From NCBI RefSeq assembly GCF_009914755.1, contig NC_060928.1: a stretch of DNA of 64,000 bases. One strand, given 5' to 3'. The position numbers were made by a program, and so were the translations under genes. This stretch comes from the human T2T-CHM13v2.0 reference genome, Homo sapiens. Position 1 is the stretch's first letter. Each line of letters opens with the position of its first letter. Shown here one piece after another: positions 20,941-34,635 of this stretch. The notes beneath the pieces were generated by a model. That model saw only the letters and a program-made list of their open reading frames with translations. It had not been told where the DNA came from and ran no database searches.

Positions 20941-21297
20941 TCCTGAGGCCACCTACACACATAGGATGTGGCATGCCCAGAGTCCCCGCTTTCTGACCAG
21001 AGACTGGGAAGAGTGGGCCCTGAGACCCCCCACATGCGGCCCCAGGAGCCAGCAGGGGCTCCTGTTCTCTCTCCACCTCAGCCCCTGTGCCCAAAGTGTC
21101 CCAGGTACAAGCCCACCTCTACTCGCCAGGTCCTCCCCCACCCCAAGACCCCTGTGCGCGCGTGCCATGCAGCCCGGGGCCAGGTCCTCCCCACCTCGAG
21201 ACCCTTGCGTGCGTGTGCCATGCAGCCCGGGGGTTGACTGCTGTGGGGGCCCCCTCTGCTCTTGGGGCCTGTGTCCTACAGCTTGCTTTTCCCACAG

Positions 21298-21462
21298 GCA
21301 CTGATTGTGGGGTACGCATTCCACTTCCCGCACCTGCTGAGCCCGCAGATCCAGCGCTCTGCCCACAGGGCTCTGTACCGACGACACGTCCTGGGCATCG
21401 TCCTCCAAGGCCCGGCCCTGTGCTTTGCAGCGGCCATCTTCTCTCTCTTCTTTGTCCCCTTG
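21298..21462 (+). CDS. TMEM175: TMEM175 exon 8
   Basis: ag|ALIVGYAFHF...SLFFVPL|gtgagt. Confidence 0.93.
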
Positions 21463-21799
21463 GTGAGTGCTGGGACAGCCCGTGGGGCCCAGGCAGGAAC
21501 GGGGGCCACCATAGGAGCAATGTCCCCGCTGAGCAACAAACACGGGGGTGGGGGCAGAGCGCAGACAGGCAGGGGTTCCACCCAGGGTCTTGTGTGTGAG
21601 GCCCAGGGCTGCAGTGAGTGGCACCAGGGAGGGAGGCCTGCTCCACCTGAGGCCCCGAGACCCAGCCTGTCGAGGACAGAGACGGACGCTCATCGAAGGA
21701 AGGGGCAGCTGAGTGTCCTTCTCAGAGAAGCTTCACGATGACGATGACCAGAAACAGCGACACCCGGAATCCGGGGGTGCATGCGTTTTCTTGTTTTGT

Positions 21800-22394
<595 letters not shown>

Positions 22395-23101
22395 TATTTT
22401 CTTTTGGATAAGGAATCTATACAAAACTGTGTCAGGACAGTAAACATCAAACAGTGTTTGGAGGAGGAGCCCCTGGGGATAAGACCAGTATCTGCTCATG
22501 GGGACATCAGCTGTTGGTGCTTGGAGAATGTGAGCCACTAGGGAGAGGGAGAAGGCAACAAAAGCACTGCTGGAGACGTGTAGGTGTCGTGAGTGGCGCC
22601 GCTGTGAGCACTGCTGGAGACGTGTAGCTGCCGTGAGTGGCGCCGGTGTGAGCATTGTTGCGTGTGGAGCCACTGTGGGCATTGCTGGAGTGATGCCTCT
22701 CTGAGCATTGCTGGACACGTGTCTCTTCAGATCTGTCTTCTCAGGCTGTTGGTGTGTGTGCCCACAGTGAGTTTCTGGGTCATTTGGTGATTCTGTTTAA
22801 TTTTTTAAGTTTAATTTTTTGAGGAACCACCAAACTTCCACAGCAGCTGCAGCATTTTACATTCCCACCAGCAGCACATGGTGGTTCCAGTTTGTCCACA
22901 TCCTCATCAACACCTGCTGTTTTTCAGTTCTCTCCATCCTAGTGGATATGAAGAATCTCATTGTGGTTTTGATCTGCGAGAGGTCGACCATTTGCATGTT
23001 TTGTTTGGAGCAATGTCTGTTCTCATCCTTTGCCCATTTTTAATTGGGTCGTCCTTTTATTTTTGAGTTGTAAGAATTTCAGATAGGGAGATAGACGATA
23101 A

Positions 23102-23596
<495 letters not shown>

Positions 23597-23862
23597 TGAT
23601 GACTGGGTGGGCTGGCCTGAGAGGCCTGTAGTCCGCCCACCTCCGTGCGGCTGCTCCGCACTGAGGGCTGTCCGTGGGCCGAGGCCCGTGTGCGTGGTGG
23701 TGGCTGGGGCTCCCCCACTCCGCCCCTCGGGCGTCCCTGTCCTGTCTCCTCTCCTGGCCTGCACATTCCAGGCCTCTTCATGGATGAGGGCGGTGACAGC
23801 CACGCGGGCTCTACCTCCACATGGGGGGTTTGGCCAGCTCCACCCTCCTGGCGTGTCCCCAG

Positions 23863-23998
23863 GCCACAGGGAGCCCTCGGCTCACCCAGTGGAAGTCTTC
23901 TCGTTTGACCTCCACGAGCCACTCAGCAAGGAGCGCGTGGAAGCCTTCAGCGACGGAGTCTACGCCATCGTGGCCACGCTTCTCATCCTGGACATCTG
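23863..23998 (+). CDS. TMEM175: TMEM175 exon 10
   Basis: HREPSAHPVEV...ERVEAFSDGVYAIVATLLILDI; second RxxxFSD motif; AG/GT boundaries. Confidence 0.94.
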
Positions 23999-24552
23999 GT
24001 GAGGACCCCGCGTCACCTGCCCCAGCTATCAGGTGGCCAATGTGTCTTGAGTCCCTGGCGTCTCATCCTGGAAACCCCAGAAAGGCACAGGGGTCTTGGC
24101 TCCACCCTCCTCTGGATGCCTAGAGTTTTGTGTGAGGTCAGGGCAGCCCCCACTTCAGGGAGGACAACCTTCCCGGCGGCCCCTCCCTTCCCAGCGGCCC
24201 CTCCCTTCCCAGAGGCTCCCACCCCAAGCACAGCCGAGGATGGGGTGCCAGGGTGAGGTCAGCACCAGCAGCCAACTGCTCTCCTCACTCCTCTCAGAGG
24301 GGCTCAGCAGCCATGGGTATCCCCCTGCCCCAGGCCTCACCCCTGCCCCAACACCAGCCCCTCCTAGTCCCTAGTCCCTCCCATTCCCTCCGGCTCCCTC
24401 CCAGTGCCCCCCATCGCTTCGCAGCCCCTCCTGCTCCCTTTGGCTGGCTGTTGCTTCCTTCCAGCGTCTGCTCCTCCGCGGCCTCATCTGCCTCTTCGTC
24501 TGTTAGAGCGCGCGTCTCGTCTCAGTCGTCACGTTTTTGGTTTTTGTGGGGT

Positions 24553-24855
<303 letters not shown>

Positions 24856-25931
24856 TAATGTTTGAATTTGCTTTTTTACATCTTCCATCCTTTTGGAGTG
24901 TCTTGTTCCCTCGTCATAGTTCAGCACTGTGACCACCTTGGGGTTAGACACTATGGTTTTATATCCTGTACTTGATATTCTCGAGTCCAAGTCTCCTGAT
25001 GCTCTTCTCTGCTGTCGTGTGCATTTTTAAAAACGGGAAGCAAACGTTCATTGGCACCTGATCTCTAAGGCCCAGGTGCCAGGGATGCTCCAGGGTGAGC
25101 TGCCTGATTGTGCAGGCCAGCTGAGGCTCCCCTTGGGAGGGACCTGCCGAAGAGAGGCAGCAGCGTGGGGCCGGGACAGTGACCTCTCCTCCACCTGGAG
25201 CCATGGCCAGGGGAGCTGCCCCCTCCCAGCAACTTCCTGCCCTTGCTGCCTCCAGTCTGTCTCCTGCCCCCAACCCCCACCCCTCACCCCTCGCCCTCTG
25301 CGTATTGTTCTGGAGGACAGAAGTCTGTCTGGGGCTGCATGAGGACCACTGTCCTTCACGTCCCGATGTTGAAGGACGACACTGTTCCCGGCTTTCTGGG
25401 TGGTGCCGTCAGAAGGCAGCAGCCCTGACAAGGGGGTTCCCACAGCCTCCCTGTGGAGGGAGTTGGCCTCCTGAGACCCCCATGTGCATCTGAGAACCAT
25501 GGAGGCAAGCCCTCTGCAGATCTTCAGCCAGGGTGTTGTGTGGGTGGCTCCGAGGGCTGGAAGCTGGGAGGGAACAGACCTCGCTGCCCCACAGCAGGCT
25601 GGTCCTGCCCAGCAAACACAGGAGAGCCTCGGCCAGAGAGGGCTGCAGCCCAGGGCCCCCAGCAGCACTCTGGGCCAGCAGGGTTGGGCTCCCATTAGCA
25701 CAGAGCAGAAGGGTGCCAGTTTCTATGGAATTTCAGATGAACAGCACGTAACAGTCAGTGTGCCAAATACACATAAATACGGCGTTCTGAAATTTAGCAC
25801 ACTGGGAAGTCCACATGGTTCATCTGAAAACGTGCCAGATCCAGGCAGCCCTGACAGGCGCTCAGCCACCCTGCTGGGGCCTGTGTGGCCACGGCAAGGC
25901 CGGCACAAATGCATCTATTCACTGTTCTCAG

Positions 25932-26604
25932 CGAAGACAACGTCCCGGACCCCAAGGATGTGAAGGAGAGGTTCAGCGGCAGCCTCGTGGCCGCCCTGAG
26001 TGCGACCGGGCCGCGCTTCCTGGCGTACTTCGGCTCCTTCGCCACAGTGGGACTGCTGTGGTTCGCCCACCACTCACTCTTCCTGCATGTGCGCAAGGCC
26101 ACGCGGGCCATGGGGCTGCTGAACACGCTCTCGCTGGCCTTCGTGGGTGGCCTCCCACTAGCCTACCAGCAGACCTCGGCCTTCGCCCGGCAGCCCCGCG
26201 ATGAGCTGGAGCGCGTGCGTGTCAGCTGCACCATCATCTTCCTGGCCAGCATCTTCCAGCTGGCCATGTGGACCACGGCGCTGCTGCACCAGGCGGAGAC
26301 GCTGCAGCCCTCGGTGTGGTTTGGCGGCCGGGAGCATGTGCTCATGTTCGCCAAGCTGGCGCTGTACCCCTGTGCCAGCCTGCTGGCCTTCGCCTCCACC
26401 TGCCTGCTGAGCAGGTTCAGTGTGGGCATCTTCCACCTCATGCAGATCGCCGTGCCCTGCGCCTTCCTGTTGCTGCGCCTGCTCGTGGGCCTGGCCCTGG
26501 CCACCCTGCGGGTCCTGCGGGGCCTCGCCCGGCCCGAACACCCCCCGCCAGCCCCCACGGGCCAGGACGACCCACAGTCCCAGCTCCTCCCTGCCCCCTG
26601 CTAG
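25932..26604 (+). CDS. TMEM175: TMEM175 exon 11 (last coding exon)
   Basis: ag|C EDNVPDPKDV...QLLPAPC*; coding exons sum to 1515 nt. Confidence 0.96.
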
Positions 26605-28727
26605 CAGCCACAGAGCCCACTCCCAGCCGTCCTCACCAGAGATGGACCAGGGAGGACAGGATGCTGGGCAGGGGAAGCCAAGTCACGGGCAGGCCGCAGT
26701 GGTTCTTGCGTGGCCTGGTTTTATTTTCATTGTGAAATATCATGCTCTTATTTCAGTCCTCAAATTGTTCTCCACTTTTTGCGGAGAGAGGAGTTTCACA
26801 GGAACTGGAAATGTGCTTTATGGCATTTGCCTATCCACTCTCTCCAACCTGAAGACACGTTGCCAAGCTCACCTACCCGAGGGGCAGCCCACTCCCAGCC
26901 CCTTTGAGGCCTATACAGAGCTGGTGGGGTCGGGGGTGCCAAGCCAGGCCCTCCCCTCCCCTCGGTTGTTGACACAAAGATGAGGAAGAGATGGTAGGAT
27001 AGTGACGCCCAGACTGTATTTGTCCTGGATATAAATTACTGTTGCATTCAGGCAGCGATAAATACAGAGGGGCCCGGTGTGCAGGGCACAGACCCCACCT
27101 GGGTACAGACTCACATACAGGACAAGCCCCTCACCACAGTTACACACGATTCATACAGACCACAGTCCACACCAGGGCTCGCGAAGCAAAACTAATCACA
27201 AAGGACTGGTCTTGAAGATGACAATGACGTAAACAAGAGTGCACGCTGGAGGCCACAAGCGGCCTTACAATGCGTGTGTCTGTGCAGTTTGGCAGATGCG
27301 GGGGGTCGGGGGATTAGTGGCATCAAGGGCCCCCCAGGAGGCTGCAGCAGGCTGGGCCAGGCCACACTCCTGAGGCCAAACCAGAGCCACTTCTGAGGTC
27401 AAAGCCACACCCAGGAAAGCTCCGCAGGATTGGAGGCCCAGGCCAGCTGTGCCCCACAAGGGAAGGGGGAGATCCGCACCGTGGGACCGTTTCTCGTGGG
27501 GGAGTCGGGGCTTCCCACAGAGCGGGCTCCATTTTTGGTCAGACTCCTCCCGGGGCCAGTGCACCATCTGAATCCTTGGGCACGTGGAGGCAGCTTTGTC
27601 TTTGGCTGGGTGCACCCCAGCCTGGCCCAGATGCAGGACCCTCCACCAAGCTGTCTGGGGGCGTGGGAGCAGGAGGGCTGCAGGAGCTGGGTCTCCACAC
27701 GCTGACGAGGGATAGGACTGAGCAGATGTCGGCTCACACAGGCACTGGGAACTGCACATCAACAGCGGGCAAGCAGCGTGGAAAGTGCTAGCGTGGGGTC
27801 TGGGGCTGAAAGCCAGCTCCTCCTCCACGTGCATGGGGCTGTTTACACCTCCCAAACTCCTCTGCACCGCCATGCCCTGCTTTTGGTCCCTTCTGGGTGC
27901 TAAGTGCCCCACCCTGAGGGCCGAGGGGCAGACACTCGGGCCCGGCCCACACTCTGGTGCTGCCAGGGCAGCACCTGAGACCTCCTAGCCTCCACGTGGA
28001 CAGAGGTTCTCCTCCCCCAGCAGAGGCACTAGGAAAGGGCCACCAGGTCCAGCTGGGCACTGCCTGCCCCTGGAGCTGTACCTGAGATCCAAGCTGCCAT
28101 CTGTATATAACAAGGCCAGAAAACAAGGGAAGGCACCTTCTCCCTTCCCTGAACACAAGGAAGTCACCAGTCACCACCACCCGGCAGCCTCACACGCTGC
28201 CCACACCTGCTGCCCAGGGCGGGGAGGTGAGGCTGGAGGGACTGGCAGCCTGTGTCTGCTGGGGCAGGGACACACCAGGGAGCCTGCTGCTCTGAAGGAC
28301 TGGCCAGGGGGACGGCCCGAGGGGCACAAAGTGAGATCAGACCCACCTGGACGGCCTGCATCCAGCACTGTCCAGCTCAAGGGGCTCAGTGGGGAGAGGG
28401 ATGGGTGCCCACCCCTGAGGAGAGGACCAGGCCCCCACAGGGCAGAGGGCTCACCATCCAGAGCCCTGCGCCCACCCGGGACACGGGGTAACACTGCCAC
28501 CCGCACACCAGTCTCCAGTGGGATGAGGGCTGTGACACCAACATGTGTCACCAATGGGATGAGGGCTGGTCCCGCTCCGTCACTGGGAAGATGCCGCGGT
28601 CAGGGCTGTAGCCAGGTCCGACCACAGGGCTGGCCACTGTGTGGACGTGGAGCTGCCTCCAGACCACCTGAAAACAAGGCTGGCGGGAGCAGAGATGGCT
28701 CGAGCCCTTGGGCTGCCCCAGCCACCC

Positions 28728-28829
28728 CTACCTAGGATCGCTCTCAGGGGCAGGCGCAGCATCCGCCCGGGCATCCCTGGTGGTCCCGGCCCTCCTCGGC
28801 TTCTGCTTGGCCTTCCTCAGCATGTGCAC
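28728..28829 (-). CDS. DGKQ: Diacylglycerol kinase theta exon 23 (last coding exon)
   Basis: VHMLRKAKQKPRRAG...ESDPR*; 23 exons sum to 2829 nt. Confidence 0.94.
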   Translation of the reverse strand: MHMLRKAKQKPRRAGTTRDARADAAPAPESDPR

Positions 28830-29156
28830 CTGTCCCAGGGCAGGGGACAGAGGACCAGGGTGACATGGCCGATGAAAGAACGGTACACGGGCAGCCCCCG
28901 GTCCTGGGGCCCCGGGCAGCTGATGCCATCTCAGCCCCATTTCACGGAAGGGGAGGGACCTGTCTGGCTGCTCCCTGTGCCACCTGTGGCCCGCCTGGCC
29001 ACTGGCACAGCCCTCCTCTGAAGCAGGCACCCTCCCGGAGTCAGTGCTCCCTGGCCGCAGCCGGCCATGCCAGCACCACCTGGGTACCACTGGCCACTCC
29101 CATGGCCGGCCCAGCCCGGCCCACCTCCCCTGGCTCTCCAGCCTCACCCCACATAC

Positions 29157-29309
29157 CTTAGGGCCAGCAGCTGAGATGATCATGTGCCCCGGGGCCTGGA
29201 CCCAGGGCTCCCCGTCCACCTGCACCGGGGTGGCCTTGAGGAGCGTGACTCGGAAGTAGGAACCCTGGGCAATCCGGATTCCGGAGCGCAGCCCACCCTG
29301 GACCTGGCC
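29157..29309 (-). CDS. DGKQ: DGKQ exon 22
   Basis: GQVQGGLRSGIRIAQG...QVDGEPW...GPK; AG/GT. Confidence 0.93.
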
Positions 29310-29544
29310 CTGGGGCGGGAGAGGCCAGCCGGGCTCAGCGGGGATCAGGGACGCCCACCGCTGACCTGGCCCTGGGGCGGGAGAGGCCAGCCGAGCAGGG
29401 ACCGGGGACGCCCACCCTGGACCTGGCCCTGGGGCGGGAGAGGCCAGCCGGGCTCAGCGGGGACCGGGGACGCCCACCCTGGACCTGGCCCTGGGGCGGG
29501 AGAGGCCAGCTGGGCTCAGCGGGGACCGGGGACGCCCACCCTGG
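29291..29544. repeat. ~62-bp VNTR (4+ copies) spanning the DGKQ intron 21/exon 22 junction
   Basis: Units start at 29291, 29353, 29410, 29472, partial unit at 29534. Confidence 0.92.
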
Positions 29545-29574
29545 GCTCGCCCGCCCACTCGGCCGGCGGCTCAC

Positions 29575-29686
29575 CATGTGCACGACGCCCGTCACGCCCA
29601 CAACCTCCAGCAGCCCGTCGTCCATGCGTGGCTTCTCAAACCTGGTGTCGCTGTCGGAGCCCCACAGGTCGGCCCCCGAGCCCCAG
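29575..29686 (-). CDS. DGKQ: DGKQ exon 21
   Basis: WGSGADLWG...DDGLLEVVGVTGVVHM. Confidence 0.93.
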
Positions 29687-29795
29687 CTGCCGCATAAGAG
29701 AGCGGGCACAGAGGTGTAGGTGCAGGCAGGACGAGGGCTGAGCCTGCCCATGGCCCCGCCGGGCAGAGCCTCTGGGGAGCCCCGCCCGCGAGCAC

Positions 29796-29942
29796 CTGGG
29801 GATGTTGATGAAGATGAGGCCTTCAATACTGGGCAGCTCCACCTCCTGCCGCTCCACCTGCAGCCGGATCTGCTTGTGCAGGCTCCGAGAGTGACTGATC
29901 TTCTGCAGCCCCACCCGCACGTACACACCCTTGTTGTGCAGC
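29796..29942 (-). CDS. DGKQ: DGKQ exon 20
   Basis: LHNKGVYVRVG...EGLIFINIP. Confidence 0.93.
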
Positions 29943-30089
29943 CTGCAGGACGGGGCAGGTCACCCATCACCAGGGGAAGCCCTACCCCGCCTTAGGCAGC
30001 CTCCGGGTTCCGGCCCCTCTGCCTGTTCCTGCTGGGGGACCTGAGGGAGGTATGCCGTTGACAGGTGGTAGCCCCTGCGGCTCCGGTAC

Positions 30090-30190
30090 CTGCTTGTGAA
30101 CTTGCCAGGCTCCTCTTCCCGTGCCTGGTGGAAGTCCAGGCTCAGCTCCGCGTCGATGCCAATGCCACAGTAGTTACTCATCTGCACGAT
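30090..30190 (-). CDS. DGKQ: DGKQ exon 19
   Basis: [33 protein letters not shown] (accessory domain start). Confidence 0.93.
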
Positions 30191-30542
30191 CTGGGGACAG
30201 GGCGTTCATCTCCCAGGACCCGGCCGCCCTCACCAGGCCCCCTGAGCTCCCCAACAGCTCTGCCGGCAGGCAGAGACAAGAGCAAGGACCACCCTGGCAC
30301 CAAGCCGAGCACCCAGGAGAGGGCAGCATGGGCAGGTCCTGGCCAGGCTCTGTCGCCAGCTGGCTCGGCACAATCCCCAGCAGTGGCTACTTTCTGTGTC
30401 TCCCTCAACTGCCCGCTTTGCAGAGGGGATGATGCGGGCGCGTACACCCGAGTGTGGCTGGGAAGAGGACGCCCGTTGTGACGCGTGTAGCGGGGTCATA
30501 TGCAGGAGCCTGGAAGGCACCCCACGCCGGGCTGCCCTGTAC

Positions 30543-30721
30543 CTTGGGGGGCTCTGCGTCTGCCGTGTCGTTCTCTGCACTGCCAGCCTCGTGGGCATCC
30601 AGCAGGATGGTCCAGCGGTCCATGAGCACGGCGTCGGCCTCGTCCACAGACAGCAGTACGGAGAACGGGTCCTCGCCGCTGTAGCCCGCCCCCCAGCGGA
30701 GGACTCGACCAAGGTCATTCC
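30543..30721 (-). CDS. DGKQ: DGKQ exon 18
   Basis: [11 protein letters not shown]...AEPPK. Confidence 0.93.
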
Positions 30722-30879
30722 CTGGGACACAAGCAGACACAGAGCATCTGTCCACACCCACCCGCCCATCAGCTGGGTGCAGACCCCACCACGAGGACAG
30801 CCAGCCCAGGCCTCGGCAAAAGCTGCACAGGAAGGGGTAGACCCTGAGGCCCCCTCCTCGGCTGCACGGCTGAGCCCAC

Positions 30880-31028
30880 CTGTGCCCAGGGGCAGGATGG
30901 CCACAGAAGGCTCCGGGCAGGCCAGTCGGTACCGTGTCTCCTCCAGGGCGCCAAGCACCCAGCCCACAGTGCCATCGCCACCACACACCAGCACCCGGAA
31001 GCAGGGCACCTGGGAGAACAGGTGGAGC
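30880..31028 (-). CDS. DGKQ: DGKQ exon 17
   Basis: [23 protein letters not shown]...LPLGT; catalytic GGDG motif. Confidence 0.95.
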
Positions 31029-31246
31029 CTAGCGGGAGACAGGAAGTGTCCTCTACCAGCTGCGGGCGCAGCCCATCCCCCACCCAGGCTGCCTCTTCCA
31101 AGTGCCCGTCCTGGCCGTGTGGAGGACTTCAAGGTCCCAGCACGGGATCCCCGTGGAGCTCCTGCCGGCCGAGACAGCTGTGGCAGCCTCCTGGGGCCCT
31201 TCCCGCCCCTGCTGCTGCCCTGGACCAGGGGTCCTGCTGGACTCAC

Positions 31247-31398
31247 CCGGGAAGAGGACCTCCGTTGGTCAGGTCGAAGACCTGATGAGGGTTCAGTAGC
31301 TTCCGGAAGCTGCAGAGCAGGTCTCGGCCCTTGAGGCCTCCACTCTTGGGGTTCACGAACACAAGGAGGGGACAGCTGTCTGGGGGCAGCTTCGCGTG
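31247..31398 (-). CDS. DGKQ: DGKQ exon 16
   Basis: [21 protein letters not shown]...GGPLP. Confidence 0.94.
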
Positions 31399-32589
31399 CT
31401 GACAGACAGGGGGCTGGGTTAGGATGGGGACCCAAGGTGGGGTGTCCCCACTGCTGGGGTTGCCAGGCAGTGCCCAGCCCCCAACCCTGAGCCCACCTGG
31501 CTTGGACCAGCCCCCTCCCCAGGAAGGCGTGGCCAGCACCCTCACATCTGAGGCCTCACACATGAGCTGCGTGGTCACCCCATCTCGCTGCTGGCCAGCA
31601 GGGCGGCACTGAGGACAGCCGGCTGGCTGCCTGGCACTCCCAGCACAAAGGCCTCAGACCTGCCCACTGAGCTGCGTGTGAACAGACCACACCCGCCTGG
31701 GCCATGCAGCGCGAGTCCAGGCTGGAAATCCACGTGGGACTCTGCGTGGCACTCTGTGCCAGCGAGACCAAGGCCTGTCCCCTGGGGGGCCTCTGGTGCA
31801 CACCTTTGGAGGATGGCGGCTCCCAGGCCACCGCCCACCTACACAGCAGCCGAGAAAAGCTCTTAACTCACAGGGTGGCACGCGGCGTCCCTCGACCACA
31901 GGACAGAGTCCATCTCCCCACACACAACCCCAAGAAACAGTACCCAGGGATCTAGACACAGCGGGCTCAGGGCTGGGATCCCTACGACAGGAGGCTAGGG
32001 ACCCTACGACAGGAGGCTGGGGCCCCCACAGCGGGGAAGGCTGGGCAACAGGAGACACACAGGCTGGGTGCAGACACAGGGTGGGCAGCGGCACAGGGGC
32101 CGGCCGTGGCTGGGGGCAAGGACACACTCGGGGCTTCGTGACCCACTTGGCAGGCAGAGCCGCCTGCGGTCACCACTTACCACTCACCCCAGGGCAGGCA
32201 GCTGACGGGAGAGAGAAAGCGCGTGTCGGCCCCAAACCTGGCTCTGCCCACAGAGCGAGTGGAGCTGGGGTGGGGGCTGCATCCTCGGGACAGTGGGGAT
32301 GGCCACCCTGTCCTGAGCCAGGCAAGGCCGGGTGTAGGGGCACAGGAGGGAGGCATAGCAGGGAGCCACAGGCATCTCCCGTCCCAGCCACAGACAACTC
32401 ATTCTGCTCGAGTTCTGCTTCGCCTGGACTGGGGTCACGATCAAGGGTCAAGGTTCAGGGGTAGAACAGCCATGGACACCTGGGGGGTCCTCATGGGACC
32501 CTTTGGGGGCTAGATGGGCTGAGGACGAGAGGCCAATGTGAAGGCACGGTGTGCAGCGTGGAGTCCCAGGCTCCAGCCCCTCCATGGGC

Positions 32590-32700
32590 CAGAACCCCGT
32601 TCCCCCCGGCCCTGCCCTGTCTCCACGGACCAGACCCCCGTTCCCCCCGGCCCTGCCCTGTCTCCATGTTCCAGATCCCCCTTTCCCCCAGCCCTGCCCT
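32590..32700. repeat. Short diverged C-rich tandem repeat (~42-bp unit, ~2.5 copies)
   Basis: CCCCGTTCCCCCCGGCCCTGCCCTGTCTCCA repeated. Confidence 0.7.
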
Positions 32701-33283
32701 GTTGCCAGGTGCCCCCTCTTCTGGGCACTGTGGGTCTGAAGGGCAGCGTTCAAAGTTTGGGAGCTGCACTGACTGGCCTGGGGAGCTCCAGGCAGAGAGC
32801 AGAGGCCCTAAGGCCTCCCGGGCAGGGGGAGTGAGGCTGAGGCTGTACCGGGAGGGCCATGCCTGGGATCCTGACAGCTGGTCACAAACACGCTCTGGCC
32901 CTTGGCGAGGCAGCCGCAGCGGGGCCCGGCACATCCAGGAGCTGCGTCCTGTGGGCCTCCCTACTGGGTGGAGGCCTCAGGTGCAGCGTGGAAGCTGGGC
33001 CTGACCCCACGGTGCCCCACGGAGCTGGTATCACCTACTGGGCAGCCTCGGATGAGCGCTGACCCTCTGACCTCAGGCCCCTTGCTGTAAAACGGGCAAC
33101 AGAGTCCTTCCTGCTGTTGTGAGGCACAAACAAGGTGGCACCTACAAGCCCCCAGTGAATTCAAGGAAGTGATGCCAGATGAAAACAGCGAGTCTGGCTG
33201 TGGGGCCTGTGCACCTGCAGACCCCGACCTCCCTCTGGCCACCCCCTGGGGTGTGTGAAGAGCCGGCTTGACCGCACACTCAC

Positions 33284-33399
33284 CAGCAGGTCGGGGAGCA
33301 CCAGGGCAGTGAGCAGCCGGCCCCGCACAGCCATGTCCTTCAGCAGCATGTACAGCCGCTCGGCCTCCGCAAAGCAGGCAACGTCCAACACTACCGCGC
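33284..33399 (-). CDS. DGKQ: DGKQ exon 15
   Basis: AVVLDVACFAEAERLY...LPDLL. Confidence 0.92.
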
Positions 33400-33598
33400 C
33401 TGCGGCAGGAGCCCAGGACTCAGGGGGAGCCTGTCCCATGGCCCCCACGGTGCCAGGGCAGGAACCAAACCAGGACGTTTCCCCAGCCCAGGGCTGCCCA
33501 AGGGAAAGGTCAGGTGCTACGTGAGGGCCAGGGCTGTCCCACTTCACCCCAGGAACACCCCTGGGCCTCATGTGACCACGTCCCTCAGGGCAGCTCAC

Positions 33599-33637
33599 CT
33601 TGGGAGGAGTAGATGTGACTCACGGACACCACGGTGG
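33599..33637 (-). CDS. DGKQ: DGKQ exon 14
   Basis: ATVVSVSHIYSSQ; AG/GT; phase fits neighbours. Confidence 0.88.
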
Positions 33638-34035
33638 CTGCAAAGGCAGGCTGTGGTCAGGGCGGTGGGAGGCGAAGGACACACAGCACTGGGGCCAGGG
33701 ACAGCCCCTCCGCCTGTCCAGGGGTGACATCTCACCCCAAAGGCAGCCTCCCCAGGAAGTACCCCTGCCCCACTCCAGGAGCAGGACTCCCAGCTCCCTG
33801 GAGGTACAGGGCCCCCCAGAGGGAGAGGGAGAGGCAGAGGCTGAGCACCGCAGGGAACGGCCACAGAGGGCGAGAGGCTCCAGAGCCTCTTGGAGGAAGA
33901 GACGTGGGCTGGACCCGGAGCTCAGGCCTTGGTGGCTCAAGGAGAGGCAGGAGCCGGCTCAGCACTGCAGCCCCACTGCCTGCCGCTCGACCCTGCCCCG
34001 TGCCAGCAGCCCACGGCCAGCCACAGTGGTCACAC

Positions 34036-34186
34036 CTTTGGTAGCCCCGGCCTCATGCAGCAGGCTGCTGTACTCCTCGGGAGACAGGCCGGGAGGCAGG
34101 CCGCCAACAAACAGGGAGACGTGCGGGGCTACATCCCTGCTCTCTGCCACGTAGAACCGCGTCTGGCTCACCTGCCGCACAGACAT
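34036..34186 (-). CDS. DGKQ: DGKQ exon 13
   Basis: MSVRQVSQTRFYV...AGATK. Confidence 0.92.
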
Positions 34187-34573
34187 CTGCAGGGAGAGGG
34201 GCGGGGATGCTGGGCCGGGGAGAACGGCACCACCGCACCAGGCCCTCTGTCTCCTCACCCGCAAAACAGCAAAACAGGGCATCAGGAACACTCCCAGGAA
34301 TTAAGTCAACAGGAAAACGAGGAAAGGGGCCACAGAGGCTTCCTTGCTGTGGACAACCCCTGTCCGTTCCCCTCGAGGACCTCGGGGAGATCTGCAGCTC
34401 AAGGCCTCCCTGCAGGGACCAAGTAGCTCATGACGAGGGCGCTGCCCTGTCAGCCAGGACAGCCGCTGCCTAGCCAAGGAGAACTCGGCGTCTGGGGCAC
34501 ACCCACCCTGTGGGGCAGAGGCTGTGGCTGAGGGCTGCTGGTTCCCTGGGGGCCGGCGTCCACACCCACTCAC

Positions 34574-34635
34574 CTGCCGGATGTCCTGTAGCCGGTCCAG
34601 CAGGGGCTGTTCGTCCATCAGCATCGTCCGCTGGA
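34574..34635 (-). CDS. DGKQ: DGKQ exon 12
   Basis: QRTMLMDEQPLLDRLQDIRQ. Confidence 0.92.

Noticed and set aside
25885-25931. In-frame N-terminal extension of the TMEM175 last-exon ORF
   Set aside because: Intronic sequence before the AG at 25930-25931; the track's start is GTG
27265-27912. 215-aa ORF in the DGKQ 3' UTR
   Set aside because: No recognisable domain or splice support; plausible by chance at this GC content
30230-31435. 401-aa and 312-aa ORFs within DGKQ
   Set aside because: Exon 17 plus GC-rich intron read-through, and antisense shadow frames
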